A DNA stretch of 56,686 nucleotides from Thermodesulfobacteriota bacterium. GTDB lineage: Bacteria; DASVDK01. Below, piece by piece: positions 46,736 through 56,382 of this stretch. The stretch covers positions 1-56,686 of the forward strand of contig DASVDK010000171.1 of the NCBI GenBank assembly GCA_036381125.1, written 5' to 3'. Position 1 is the first letter of the stretch; the number at the start of each line of letters is the position of its first letter. A program made the translations under genes and the position numbers. The notes beneath the pieces are model-generated. The model did no database searches and had not been told where the DNA came from. It saw only the letters and a list, made by a program, of their open reading frames with translations.

Positions 46736-48760
46736 ATGGCGAGAGACGACTCGACGGTGAGCCCGTACGTGACGCCCGAGGGGGCGCTCCTCTGGGAGCC
46801 CTCGGCCGAGGCGGCGGCCAGGTCGAGGCTCACGGCCTACCTGTCGTGGCTCGGCGAGACGAAGGGGATCCGGCACGCGTCGTACGAGGAGGTCTGGGCC
46901 TGGTCGGTTCGGGACCTCGAGGCCTTCTGGGGGTCGGTGGCCGAGTTCTTCGGGGTCCGGTTCCACGCGCCGCCCGGCCGCGTGCTGGACGGCGAGGCGA
47001 TGCCGGGCGCCCGGTGGTTCCCGGGGGCGACGCTGAACTACGCCGAGCACGCCCTGCGCCGCCGGGACGCCCACCCGGCGCTGTACTTCGAGCGGGAGGA
47101 CGGCCTCTCCGTCACCCTCACCTACGCCGAGCTGGCGGCTCGAGTGGCCTCGGTGGCGGCCGCGCTCTCCGGCCTGGGGGTGCGCCCGGGCGACCGCGTC
47201 GCCGCCTACCTGCCGAACATCCCCGAGGCAGTCGTGGCCTTCCTCGCCACGGCGAGCCTCGGCGCCGTCTGGTCCTCCTGCCCGCCCGAGTTCGGCGTGC
47301 GCAGCGTCGTCGAGCGGTTCGAGCAGATCGCCCCCCGCGTCCTGCTGGTGGCGGACGGCTACCGGTACGGCGGCAAGGCGCACGACCGCGCCGAGGCGGT
47401 GGCCGAGATCCGTCGCGGCCTCCCCTCGGTCGAGCGGACCGTGCTGATCCCCTACCTCGACCCCCGCGCGGGGAGCCGGTTTCCGGGGACCGTTCCCTGG
47501 AGCGACCTCCTCGCGGCGCGCGGCTCGCTCGGCTTCACCCCCGTCCCCTTCGACCACCCGCTCTGGATCCTCTACTCCTCGGGGACCACGGGCCTGCCGA
47601 AGGGGATCGTGCAGGGGCACGGCGGCATCGTCCTCGAGCACCTCAAGGCGCTCGCGCTCCACCTCGACCTCGGCCCCGAGGACCGGTTCTTCTGGTTCAC
47701 CACGACCGGCTGGATGATGTGGAACTTCCTCCTCGGCGGGCTCCTGGTCGGCTCGACGGTGCTGCTCTACGACGGCAGCCCCGGGCACCCGGACCTCGGC
47801 GCGCTCTGGCGGTTCGCCGGCCGCAGCGGGATGACCTACTTCGGCATGAGCGCGCCGTACATCCTCGCCTGCATGAAGGCCGGCGTCGTGCCGGCCCGGG
47901 AGGCCGACCTTGCGGCGCTGCGCGGCGTCGGGTCGACCGGCGCGCCGCTGCCGCCCGAGGGCTTCCGCTGGGTCTACGAGGCGGTCAAGCGCGACCTGCT
48001 CCTCGGCTCGGTCAGCGGCGGCACCGACGTCTGCACCGCCTTCGTGCTCTCCTGCCCGCTCCTGCCGGTGCGGGCCGGCGAGATCCAGTGCCGGGGCCTC
48101 GGCGCCCGGGTGGAGGCCTTCGACGAGGCGGGCCGCCCGGTCGTCGGCGCGCTCGGGGAGCTGGTCCTCACCGCCCCCATGCCCTCCATGCCGACCGGCT
48201 TCTGGAACGACCCCGACGGCTCCCGCTACCGGGCTGCGTACTTCGACCGCTACCCGGGCGTGTGGCGGCACGGCGACTGGCTGCGCCTGACCGAGCGGGG
48301 CAGTTGCGTGATCTACGGGCGCTCGGACTCCACGCTCAACCGCGGCGGCGTCCGCATGGGGACGAGCGAGTTCTATCGCGTGGTCGAGGAGTTGCCGGAG
48401 GTGACCGACAGCCTGGTCATCGACACGGGCGAGCTGGGGCGGGAGGGCCGCCTCCTGCTCTTCGTCGTCCTGCGCGAGGAGGTCCGGCTCGACGACGCGC
48501 TGCGCGGCAAGATCGCCGCGGCGCTCCGGCGCCAGCTCTCCCCTCGCCACGTGCCCGACGAGATCCACGCGATCGCCGAGGTCCCCCGCACGCTGAACGG
48601 CAAGAAGGTGGAGGTGCCGGTCAAGCGGATCCTGTCGGGCCGGCCGCTCGAGGCGGCCGTCAGCGCCGAGGCGCTGGCGAACCCGAAGGCGCTCGAGGCG
48701 TTCGTCGCGCTCGCGCGGGGCGGCATCTCCACGCCGCGCCGGGACGCCGGGAAGAGGTAG
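46736..48760 (+). CDS. Acetoacetate--CoA ligase
   Basis: LWEPS, WFPGATLNYAE, YSSGTTGLPK, SGGTD, WRHGD and NGKKVEVPVK motifs. Confidence 0.93.
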   Translation: MARDDSTVSPYVTPEGALLWEPSAEAAARSRLTAYLSWLGETKGIRHASYEEVWAWSVRDLEAFWGSVAEFFGVRFHAPPGRVLDGEAMPGARWFPGATLNYAEHALRRRDAHPALYFEREDGLSVTLTYAELAARVASVAAALSGLGVRPGDRVAAYLPNIPEAVVAFLATASLGAVWSSCPPEFGVRSVVERFEQIAPRVLLVADGYRYGGKAHDRAEAVAEIRRGLPSVERTVLIPYLDPRAGSRFPGTVPWSDLLAARGSLGFTPVPFDHPLWILYSSGTTGLPKGIVQGHGGIVLEHLKALALHLDLGPEDRFFWFTTTGWMMWNFLLGGLLVGSTVLLYDGSPGHPDLGALWRFAGRSGMTYFGMSAPYILACMKAGVVPAREADLAALRGVGSTGAPLPPEGFRWVYEAVKRDLLLGSVSGGTDVCTAFVLSCPLLPVRAGEIQCRGLGARVEAFDEAGRPVVGALGELVLTAPMPSMPTGFWNDPDGSRYRAAYFDRYPGVWRHGDWLRLTERGSCVIYGRSDSTLNRGGVRMGTSEFYRVVEELPEVTDSLVIDTGELGREGRLLLFVVLREEVRLDDALRGKIAAALRRQLSPRHVPDEIHAIAEVPRTLNGKKVEVPVKRILSGRPLEAAVSAEALANPKALEAFVALARGGISTPRRDAGKR

Positions 48761-48778
48761 AGACCTGGCCTCGGCCGA

Positions 48779-49480
48779 TCAGGCGCGGACGATGCCGTTG
48801 CGGATCGCGTAGCGGACGAGGTCGGCGAAGGCGCCGAGCCGGAGCTTTCGCATGACGGCCGCCCGGTGGGTCTCGACGGTCTTCACGCTGATGCCGAGGA
48901 TGACCGACAGCTCCTTGTTGCTCTTGCCTTCCGCGAGGAGCTGGACCACCTCTCGCTCGCGGCTCGTGAGGCGCGGGTCGGCGGCAGACGGCGGCGGGCG
49001 CCGGCCGGAGGGCGGCCCTTCCTCGACCACCCCGGCCATGCGCGGCGTGACGAAGGCACGGTGCCGGGCGAGCGCCTCGATCGCGTCGACGAGGTGGCCG
49101 ATGGAGTCGGACTTGACGACGAACCCGCGCGCGCCGGCGAGGAGCGCTTCCCTGGCGAGCTGCTCGCTTTCGTGCATGGTGTAGACGAGGATCTCGGTCT
49201 CCGGCGCCCCGCTCCGGATCTGGCGAATGGCCTCGAGGCCGTTGAGGCCCGGCAGGCTCAGGTCGAGGACCACGATGTGCGGCCGGTGCCGGAGCGTCAG
49301 CTCCACCGCCTCGCGTCCCTCGACCGCCTCGGCACACACCTGCCACGCGGGCCGGGCGGACAGGAGTTCGTGCAGGCCCCGCCGGACGACGTCATGATCG
49401 TCGGCCAGGAGGATCCGGACCGGCTCCGACGCCCCTGCCGGCCCAGCGCGCACCCGTGTCGGCTCGTCTCCGGCGGGCAT
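48779..49480 (-). CDS. NarL/LuxR family response regulator
   Basis: ILLADDH receiver domain plus LTSREREV…SVKTVETHR HTH. Confidence 0.93.
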   Translation of the reverse strand: MPAGDEPTRVRAGPAGASEPVRILLADDHDVVRRGLHELLSARPAWQVCAEAVEGREAVELTLRHRPHIVVLDLSLPGLNGLEAIRQIRSGAPETEILVYTMHESEQLAREALLAGARGFVVKSDSIGHLVDAIEALARHRAFVTPRMAGVVEEGPPSGRRPPPSAADPRLTSREREVVQLLAEGKSNKELSVILGISVKTVETHRAAVMRKLRLGAFADLVRYAIRNGIVRA

Positions 49481-49543
49481 GGTCAACTCGACTATCCCAT
49501 CGGTCCGGCAGACCGGCAATACAGAGAATCCCCGACGCCGGGC

Positions 49544-52129
49544 CTACGGAGCCCGGCCGGCCCGTTCCTCGGCGAGGTCCCGGGTCTCGCCGTCCGGGAC
49601 CGGGACCACGACCGAGACCGTGGTGCCGTCCCCGCTCGACAGGATCTCGAACCGGCCGCCGAGCAGACGCACCCGCTCCCGCATGCCGCCGATCCCCACG
49701 CCGACCGAGCGTCTGCAGCCGCTCCCGACCGGGCCGGGCTCGGCCGGCATCCCGCGTCCCGCGTCGCCGACGCTCAGCCTGACCGTCCCGTCGGCCCGGC
49801 AGAGCTCCACGCGCGCCGTCGCGCTGCCGGAATGGCGATGGACGTTGGCCAGCGCCTCCTGGACGATGCGGAAGAGGGCGGTCTCCATGTCGCTCGGCAG
49901 CCGCTCCCAGTGGTCGGGCCCCACGAACGCCACCTCGATGTCGCTGCGGCTCGTGAAGCCTTCGACGTACGCGCGTATGGCCGCGACGAGGCCGAGCGCG
50001 TCGATCTCCGGCGGGTGGAGCAGGTAGGACAGCGTCCGGATCTCCTTGAGCGCCCGGCCGTTCAGATCGGCGAGCTCGTCGAGGAGCCGCCCCTGCGTGT
50101 CGTCCGGCCGCTCCGCGACGCCGCGGAGACGTTCGAGGTTGATCGACACGCCGACGAGGAGCTGCGCCGCCCCATCGTGCAGCTCCCGCGCGACGCGCCG
50201 GCGCTCCTCGTCTCGGGCGCCGAGGAGGCGCCCCGTGAGGGCCCGAAGTCCACGCTCGGCGAGCTTGATCTCGGTGACGTTCTCGTGGGCGACCACCACG
50301 CGGACCCGGCCGTCCTCGAAGAACCGCGTGGCACGGAGCTGGAACCAGCGCAGCGTGGAGGGACCGGGGCAGGCGTACTCGAGGCGGAAGTGCGCCCGGC
50401 TGCCGTCCATGACGGCCCTGATGCCGTCACCCACGGACTGGGCCTCGGATGCCTCGGCTCCCGTCGTGGAGCGGCAGACGTCGAGGTAATTCCACCCGAC
50501 ACCCTTGGAGGTGCCCCTGAACCCGTTCGCCAGGGCGAACTCCCGCCACGCACGGTTGACGGCGACGATGGTCCCCGTCTCGTCGAGGATGGCGATGTGC
50601 GCGGGGAGGGCGTCGAGCGTCGAGCTGACGCGGGCCTCTAGCGCCTTCAACCGGCGCACGGCCAGCCGGTGCGCCGTCACGTCGACCGCGCTGAGGAGCA
50701 CGCGCCCGTACCCCAACTGCCGGCCGGGCGACCGGACGGCCAGGAGCAGCTCGACGCGCCGCCCGTCGAGGGTTCGCGCCGCCGTGTACGTCTCGAAGCC
50801 CGGCCGGCCTTCCGCGATGGCGACGAGCGCCTCGGCGAAGGTGCCGAGGGACTCCTCGGTGAAGAGCCGCCCGCCGGCGGCGACGAGCCCTGCCTTGTCG
50901 CGAGCGCCGAAGAGGCGCACCGCCGCCTCGTTCACGCCGACGACGCGCACCTTGCGCAGTGCACGCCGCACGAAGGCGGGATGGCCGGCGGCGTACGCCC
51001 TGAGGTCGGTCACGCCTCGAGCCGGGAGCGAGTCGACGAGCGCCCGGACCGCCGAGAAGTCCTCCTCCCAGAACGCCACCGCGACCGAGTCGAAGACGTC
51101 GCGATAGCGCGCCTCGCTCGCGCGGAGCGCCGCCTCGAGCTCCCGGCACGTGCACTGGAGGAGCCGGACGTGGGCGTCGTCGGGCACCGTCATGCGGCCG
51201 TCCGCGCGCCAGACGACGATCGGCAGCACGTTGGACTCGAGGACCGTCCGCAGCCTGGCGTCCGAGCGGCGCTGGGCGGCCTCGGCGCCGGCCCGCCCCT
51301 CCACGAGTGCGGCCAGGGAGATGAGCGGCACCGACAACGCCAGGGCGAACATCTCGACGCCGGCGACGGGCCGCGCGGCCGCGACGAGCGTGACGACCAG
51401 CAAGGCCGCGGCGGCGCCCGTCACCCGGAATCGAATCGCCGCCCAGAGGAGGAAGGGCAACGGGAGATAGACGAGCGGGGACGTGTGGAACCCCTCGGCT
51501 GTCCCGCGCCCGAACGCCACGGCGGCCGAGCCGGCCAGGCCTGCCGCGACGAGCGCCGCCTCGACGTACCGGCGGACGCCGGCGCGGAGGATCGCCTCGA
51601 AGGTGTCCCGTCTCGTGGCGAGGAGCAGCGGCGTCAGCGTCAGCGCGGCAGCCGCCTCGCCGACGAAGACGGGCCGGAAGGCCTCCGGGGCAGCCGCGTC
51701 GCCCGATGCCGCGCCGATCCCCGCGAAGGCGAACGCGGCGAGGAGCGGGGCCGCCAGCGCGGCCGAGACGAGGTACACCGCGGCGGAGCGCAGTGAGCGC
51801 GGCCCGGGCCACGGCCCCAGCAGCGTCACGAGCGGCGTGGCCGCCGTTGCCGCCGCCAGGAGGGTGACGAGCGCATCGGTCAGCGCCAGCGAGGTCGGGG
51901 CGTCGGCAAGGTGGCGGCCGGCCGCCCGGGCGGCGGCCCCGACGAGGAGATATGCCCACCACTCGCGCGATGGGCGGCTCGCGAGCACGGCCACGAGCGG
52001 CGCGGTGCCTGCCCGGAACAGCGAGAGGTGCCCCGTCGGCGCCGCCAGGTGCTCGGCCCCCGTGGCAGCAAGCACGGCGACCGCGACGAGGACGGCGCGC
52101 CACGTGAGGGCTCTGCGGGACGACGACAC
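49544..52129 (-). CDS. Sensor histidine kinase (MASE1-like TM region, PAS domains, HisKA_3/HATPase)
   Basis: Multi-TM N-terminus, PAS-like segments, ERRRVARELHD, FRIVQEALANV and DAGRG motifs. Confidence 0.9.
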   Translation of the reverse strand: MSSSRRALTWRAVLVAVAVLAATGAEHLAAPTGHLSLFRAGTAPLVAVLASRPSREWWAYLLVGAAARAAGRHLADAPTSLALTDALVTLLAAATAATPLVTLLGPWPGPRSLRSAAVYLVSAALAAPLLAAFAFAGIGAASGDAAAPEAFRPVFVGEAAAALTLTPLLLATRRDTFEAILRAGVRRYVEAALVAAGLAGSAAVAFGRGTAEGFHTSPLVYLPLPFLLWAAIRFRVTGAAAALLVVTLVAAARPVAGVEMFALALSVPLISLAALVEGRAGAEAAQRRSDARLRTVLESNVLPIVVWRADGRMTVPDDAHVRLLQCTCRELEAALRASEARYRDVFDSVAVAFWEEDFSAVRALVDSLPARGVTDLRAYAAGHPAFVRRALRKVRVVGVNEAAVRLFGARDKAGLVAAGGRLFTEESLGTFAEALVAIAEGRPGFETYTAARTLDGRRVELLLAVRSPGRQLGYGRVLLSAVDVTAHRLAVRRLKALEARVSSTLDALPAHIAILDETGTIVAVNRAWREFALANGFRGTSKGVGWNYLDVCRSTTGAEASEAQSVGDGIRAVMDGSRAHFRLEYACPGPSTLRWFQLRATRFFEDGRVRVVVAHENVTEIKLAERGLRALTGRLLGARDEERRRVARELHDGAAQLLVGVSINLERLRGVAERPDDTQGRLLDELADLNGRALKEIRTLSYLLHPPEIDALGLVAAIRAYVEGFTSRSDIEVAFVGPDHWERLPSDMETALFRIVQEALANVHRHSGSATARVELCRADGTVRLSVGDAGRGMPAEPGPVGSGCRRSVGVGIGGMRERVRLLGGRFEILSSGDGTTVSVVVPVPDGETRDLAEERAGRAP

Positions 52130-52207
52130 GGAAGCGTCCTCGGCTCAAGGCCAGCGAACCAATCAGCCCTGGTCGATCGTAGACCGATTCCGCGCCGCCG
52201 CAAAGCT

Positions 52208-52870
52208 CTAGAAGTTGATGCGAAGCCCCACCTCGAGGTTGTGCGTACGGTACTCGATCTCGGTGCCCCGGAAGGCCGGGTCGTCGGTGGCGAAGTAGCG
52301 GTAGCCGAGGATGAAGTCGACCGTCCCGAGCTGCAGTGCGGCGCCGGCCATCGCCTGGTAGGCGAGCACCCAGTCGTCGTCGTCGATGTCGAGGCCGTTC
52401 GCGTCGAGGCCGACGTTCGCCCCGCCGACGCCGGCTCCGATGTAGGGGTTGATCGGGAAGCGCAGCTCCGGCTCGAAGTAGGCGTTGGCCATGAGGCCGA
52501 CGGATTGGACGCCCCCGCCGATCTCGGCCTGGGGAAGGAAGGCCCGCTGGATGTCCACCTGGTTGTGCCGGTATACCGCCTCCCCCTCCAGACGAATGCC
52601 GAGCCCGATGCGGTAACCAATGGCGAGCCCCGCCCCCCAGCCGTCGTCGGTCTCGATGTCACGCTCGATGCCGCCGGCCGTGACGTCGCGCAGCTCCGTG
52701 CCGGTGAGTCCGAGGAAATAGCCGCTCAGGGCGACGTACCCGCGCGCTCTCGAAGGCTCGGCCGATGGCTCGGTGGATGGCTCGGTGGATGGCTCGGCAG
52801 CGATGGCTGGGCTCGAGGCGAGGAGCCAGGTCGACCCGAGGACCGCGACGATCGATGTGTATGTCCTCAT
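52208..52870 (-). CDS. Outer membrane beta-barrel protein
   Basis: Signal peptide, RLEGE, PYIGAGVG, LAYQAMAG, GYRYF and terminal Phe. Confidence 0.88.
   Translation of the reverse strand: MRTYTSIVAVLGSTWLLASSPAIAAEPSTEPSTEPSAEPSRARGYVALSGYFLGLTGTELRDVTAGGIERDIETDDGWGAGLAIGYRIGLGIRLEGEAVYRHNQVDIQRAFLPQAEIGGGVQSVGLMANAYFEPELRFPINPYIGAGVGGANVGLDANGLDIDDDDWVLAYQAMAGAALQLGTVDFILGYRYFATDDPAFRGTEIEYRTHNLEVGLRINF
52753..52800 (-). repeat. 12-bp tandem repeat encoding (A/T)EPS x4
   Basis: GGCTCGG(T/C)NGAT-type units on the + strand; protein reads AEPSTEPSTEPSAEPS. Confidence 0.8.
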
Positions 52871-53031
52871 GCTCGCAGGCTACGCGACACCGTCCGGGCG
52901 CGCCATCGGGTAATGTCGGGAGTCTTGGCAGGCGCTCTGCCGCTGCCCGGAGACCCGTCGGTCGACCTTCGTCGGAATCGACCTTCGTCGTCATGTTGAC
53001 GACGGCTGCGTCCGCGCCATAGTCTCGGCTC

Positions 53032-54876
53032 ATGCAGCGTCCCGCCTCGCGTCTCTGGCTGCTCGGTCCAGGCCTGGCCGCCCTGCTGGCGGTCGGATGC
53101 GCCACGCCGGTCGGCGTCGAGCGGGGCAGCTCGCTGGAGACGCACCTTCGGCTCACGACGAACGTGCTCTCCGCCGGGAAGCCGAGCCTGTGGTCCATGC
53201 AGGTCCTCAACCGCGCCAACCTCGCCGACCGGTTCGAGGCCGATCCCGAGGCCACGCTCCAGGCGCTCCGCGAGCCGCTCTCGCACCAGGTCACCGCGGA
53301 CCGGCTCTTTGCGTTGGCCGAGCTCTCGTTCCTCCACGCCCAGGAGACGAAGGCGCGCGAGTACTACCTCGCCTCGGTCGCGTATGCGTACGCCTTCCTC
53401 TTCGCCGAGGCGCGACCGCCGCCCGACGCGCTCGACCCTCGCCATCGCCTGGCCGCCGACCTCTACAACCTCGGCCTCGCGGCGGGGTTCGCGGCGCGCC
53501 GCGGAGGCGATCTCGCCGTCGAACCCGGCGTCCTGCCGCTGCCGTTCGGGGATCTCCAGGTCTCGCTGCCTCCCGCCGAACTCGAGTGGAGCGGCTACCG
53601 GTTCACGCACCTCGTCCCCGTCGGCGACTTCGAGATCAGAGGCCTCCGGAACCACTACCGGGTGGCGGGCATCGGCGCGCCCCTGGCCGCCGAGCTGGAG
53701 CCGGTCGGCTCGGGTCCGGCGGCCGAGGCGGCGCGCAAGCGGATCCCGCCGTCGGTCAAGGTGCCGGTGACGCTGTTCCTGCGTTTCGAGCGCCCCGTGC
53801 AGGCGCTCGTCGAGGGCCGCCTCCACGCCCGCGTCGAGCTCCACACCCCGGACGAGGCTCCCTCGGTGTCCGTGGACGGCCGTGCCGTCCCTATCGAGCG
53901 GGACTACTCGGCAACGCTGGCGTACATGCTCGAAGGCGCGCGGGTGTGGGACCTCGAGATCGCCGGCTTCCGCTTCGGCGACGAGCGCCTGTTCGGCGAT
54001 GGGCTCGTCATGCTGAGCCCGCACCGTCGCGGGCGCATCCCGCTCGTCCTCGTCCACGGCACCGCATCGAGCATCGCGCGCTGGGCGGAGCTGGTGAACG
54101 AGTTGAGCGCGGACGCGGTCCTGCGCGAGCGCTTCGAGGTCTGGTTCTTCACGTACAACACGGGTCAGCCGGTCCTCTACTCCGCCCACCTCCTGCGCGA
54201 GGCGCTCGCCTCCGCCGTCGCCGACCTGGACCCGCGCGGCGAGGACCCGGCGCTGCGCCGGATGGTCGTCGTCGGGCACAGCCAGGGCGGGCTGCTCGCG
54301 AAGCTCCTGGCCATCCACAGCGGGACGCGCTTCTGGGACAACGTGAGCAAGCGGTCCCTGGACGAGCTCGATCTGGAGCCGGAGACGCGGAAGCTGCTCG
54401 AGGCGGCGATGTTCTTCCATCCCCTGCCGACCGTGAAGCGGGTCGTGTTCATCTCCACGCCCCACCGCGGCAGCTTCCGCGCCAGCGATCCGGTTCGCAA
54501 CCTCGTCAGGAGGTTCGTCGCCCTTCCAGGCCGGCTCGCCGACCAGTTCCGCTCGGCGTCCGCGGGCGCCAACCTATTCGCGTTCTCCGACAGCCGGCTG
54601 CCGACGAGCGTCGACAACATGAGCCCCGGCGACCGCTTCATCCGGACGCTGGCCGCGAGCCCCATCGACCCCGGCGTCACCGCGCACTCGATCATCGCCG
54701 TGCGGGACCCGGGCCCACCGCTGGGCCAGACCGACGGCGTCGTCGCGTACGAGAGCGCGCACGTCGAGGGGGTCGCCTCCGAGCTGGTCGTCCGGTCCGG
54801 CCACTCCGCCCAGTCGCACCCGGACACGATCGCGGAGGTGCGACGCATCCTCCTGGAGCACGCCGAGGCCCGATAG
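53032..54876 (+). CDS. Alpha/beta-hydrolase lipoprotein
   Basis: Lipobox LAVG-C, LVHGTAS, GHSQGG nucleophile elbow, TPHRGS, DGVV and SGHS. Confidence 0.88.
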   Translation: MQRPASRLWLLGPGLAALLAVGCATPVGVERGSSLETHLRLTTNVLSAGKPSLWSMQVLNRANLADRFEADPEATLQALREPLSHQVTADRLFALAELSFLHAQETKAREYYLASVAYAYAFLFAEARPPPDALDPRHRLAADLYNLGLAAGFAARRGGDLAVEPGVLPLPFGDLQVSLPPAELEWSGYRFTHLVPVGDFEIRGLRNHYRVAGIGAPLAAELEPVGSGPAAEAARKRIPPSVKVPVTLFLRFERPVQALVEGRLHARVELHTPDEAPSVSVDGRAVPIERDYSATLAYMLEGARVWDLEIAGFRFGDERLFGDGLVMLSPHRRGRIPLVLVHGTASSIARWAELVNELSADAVLRERFEVWFFTYNTGQPVLYSAHLLREALASAVADLDPRGEDPALRRMVVVGHSQGGLLAKLLAIHSGTRFWDNVSKRSLDELDLEPETRKLLEAAMFFHPLPTVKRVVFISTPHRGSFRASDPVRNLVRRFVALPGRLADQFRSASAGANLFAFSDSRLPTSVDNMSPGDRFIRTLAASPIDPGVTAHSIIAVRDPGPPLGQTDGVVAYESAHVEGVASELVVRSGHSAQSHPDTIAEVRRILLEHAEAR

Positions 54877-55863
54877 CTCGGGCAGCGGCGGCGGCGCCGG
54901 AATCCCATCCCGGATGCGCTGCGAGAAGTCAGGGTCCCGGTCCGCAGCGGCGGCGCGCTCGTTCACGTGTCCGAGTCGCGTAAGCTCCGGAAACGGCCGC
55001 GAGGTGTCGAGGCGGCCGATCTCGTAGAGGTACTCGGGGACGTAGCCGGTCAACAGCACCTTCCACGACCGCGGCGGCGCGTCGGGGTTCACCCGTGCGT
55101 GGAGCAGGACCCCCGTCGTGCAGTTCGTCGTGAGCGTGTTGTAGAAGCGCGGCCGCGCGCGCAGCTCGTTCATCCCCCTCACGTAGTCGAGGAAGGCCCG
55201 GCGGATGTTCTCGCGCCGCGTGCGCAGCCGATAGACGTACACGTCCTCCCTGGGCTGCCGGTAGGTCGTCCGCACGCGGATCACGTCGCGCTCGTCGGCG
55301 ACGACGTAAACCAGCTCGTACCGCCTGAAGAACCCGGCGATCGTCGAGTACCCCTCGCCCCGCTCCTTGCGCGTCTCGATCGACACCGCGACGTAGTCCT
55401 TCCCCTCGAACCCGAAGCTGACGAGAACGTGCGCGACCGCCGGGCCGGCCCAGTACGCGGCCACGAGGTCCGCGGAGTCGAGCTTGCGGAGGTCGTAGGT
55501 CCGGTCTTCCCAGCGCGTGACGAAATCGGTCTCGGTCCGGTAGTCGAGGTTCCGCACCCCGTGGATCGTGACGAGGTCACCCTCGACCGCCGCCCAGGGG
55601 GCGACCGCCACCTCCGGCTGCCAGCCGCGATCGTTCGAGGCGGGGATATGCCGCCAGAGCAGCACGAGCACGGCGAAGGCGACGAGAAACCCCAGGAGCG
55701 TCCGACGGCGACGCGGCAAGAGGAGGAACGCGAGGACCGTGGCGACGACAAGGCCAAAGGCCAATGCGGCGCTCAGGCCGGGCCCCGGGAGGGGCGCGTA
55801 ATGGATTGCCGCCGCGCCCCAGGCCGTCATCCCCGCCACGGCGAGCGGCACGACGAGGCGCAC
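54574..55863 (-). CDS. DUF4105 (Lnb N-terminal-like) membrane protein with extended C-terminus
   Basis: AHVLVSFGF, SIETRKE, ADERDVI, FYNTLTTNCTT and FSQRIR motifs; the last ~100 codons overlap the hydrolase antisense. Confidence 0.8.
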   Translation of the reverse strand: MRLVVPLAVAGMTAWGAAAIHYAPLPGPGLSAALAFGLVVATVLAFLLLPRRRRTLLGFLVAFAVLVLLWRHIPASNDRGWQPEVAVAPWAAVEGDLVTIHGVRNLDYRTETDFVTRWEDRTYDLRKLDSADLVAAYWAGPAVAHVLVSFGFEGKDYVAVSIETRKERGEGYSTIAGFFRRYELVYVVADERDVIRVRTTYRQPREDVYVYRLRTRRENIRRAFLDYVRGMNELRARPRFYNTLTTNCTTGVLLHARVNPDAPPRSWKVLLTGYVPEYLYEIGRLDTSRPFPELTRLGHVNERAAAADRDPDFSQRIRDGIPAPPPLPELSGLGVLQEDASHLRDRVRVRLGGVAGPDDQLGGDPLDVRALVRDDAVGLAQRWARVPHGDDRVRGDAGVDGARGQRPDEAVAGAHVVDARRQPAVGERE

Positions 55864-55866
55864 CGG

Positions 55867-56382
55867 CTACCGGACCGTGTAGCCGCGTCCCTCGAGGCAC
55901 GCGCGGGTGGCGCGGTCGTAGAGCCCTTGCGCCTGCGCCCGCGCGGCCTGCTGGCTTGCCTGCGCCTGTGCGGCCGCTGCCTGCTGCTCCTTGGCCTGCT
56001 GCCTCTTGCGCACCGCGCCGGTCGCGGCGCCGACGCCGGCACCGACGGCGGCCCCCTCGCCCGCGTCGCCGGCGATCGCGCCGCCGACCGCGCCCGCCGC
56101 GGCGCCCCGCGCCGCGCCGCGTGCGGCGCCGCCGGCGGCCCCGCTCTGAGCGGGAGGCGCCGCAGGCGCCGGCGACGCCGCCGCCCGCGCCGTCGGATCG
56201 AACCCGCTTTCCTTGACCGCGAACTCCTGACACTCGTACCTGTCGCGCGATTGCTGCTCATCGCTCTGGCCCTTCGCGGGGTAGACGATCTGTCCCCCGG
56301 AGGGCTGCGACTGCGCCGAGGCGAGCCCCGCCGCAAGCGCCACGACGGCGCCGAGCGCCATCCCCGTGATCGTGTCTCTCAT
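55867..56382 (-). CDS. Secreted glycine-zipper (YMGG-like) protein
   Basis: Signal peptide, YPAKGQS..QQ..D.YEC, Gly/Ala zipper and ACLEGRGYTV. Confidence 0.85.
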   Translation of the reverse strand: MRDTITGMALGAVVALAAGLASAQSQPSGGQIVYPAKGQSDEQQSRDRYECQEFAVKESGFDPTARAAASPAPAAPPAQSGAAGGAARGAARGAAAGAVGGAIAGDAGEGAAVGAGVGAATGAVRKRQQAKEQQAAAAQAQASQQAARAQAQGLYDRATRACLEGRGYTVR

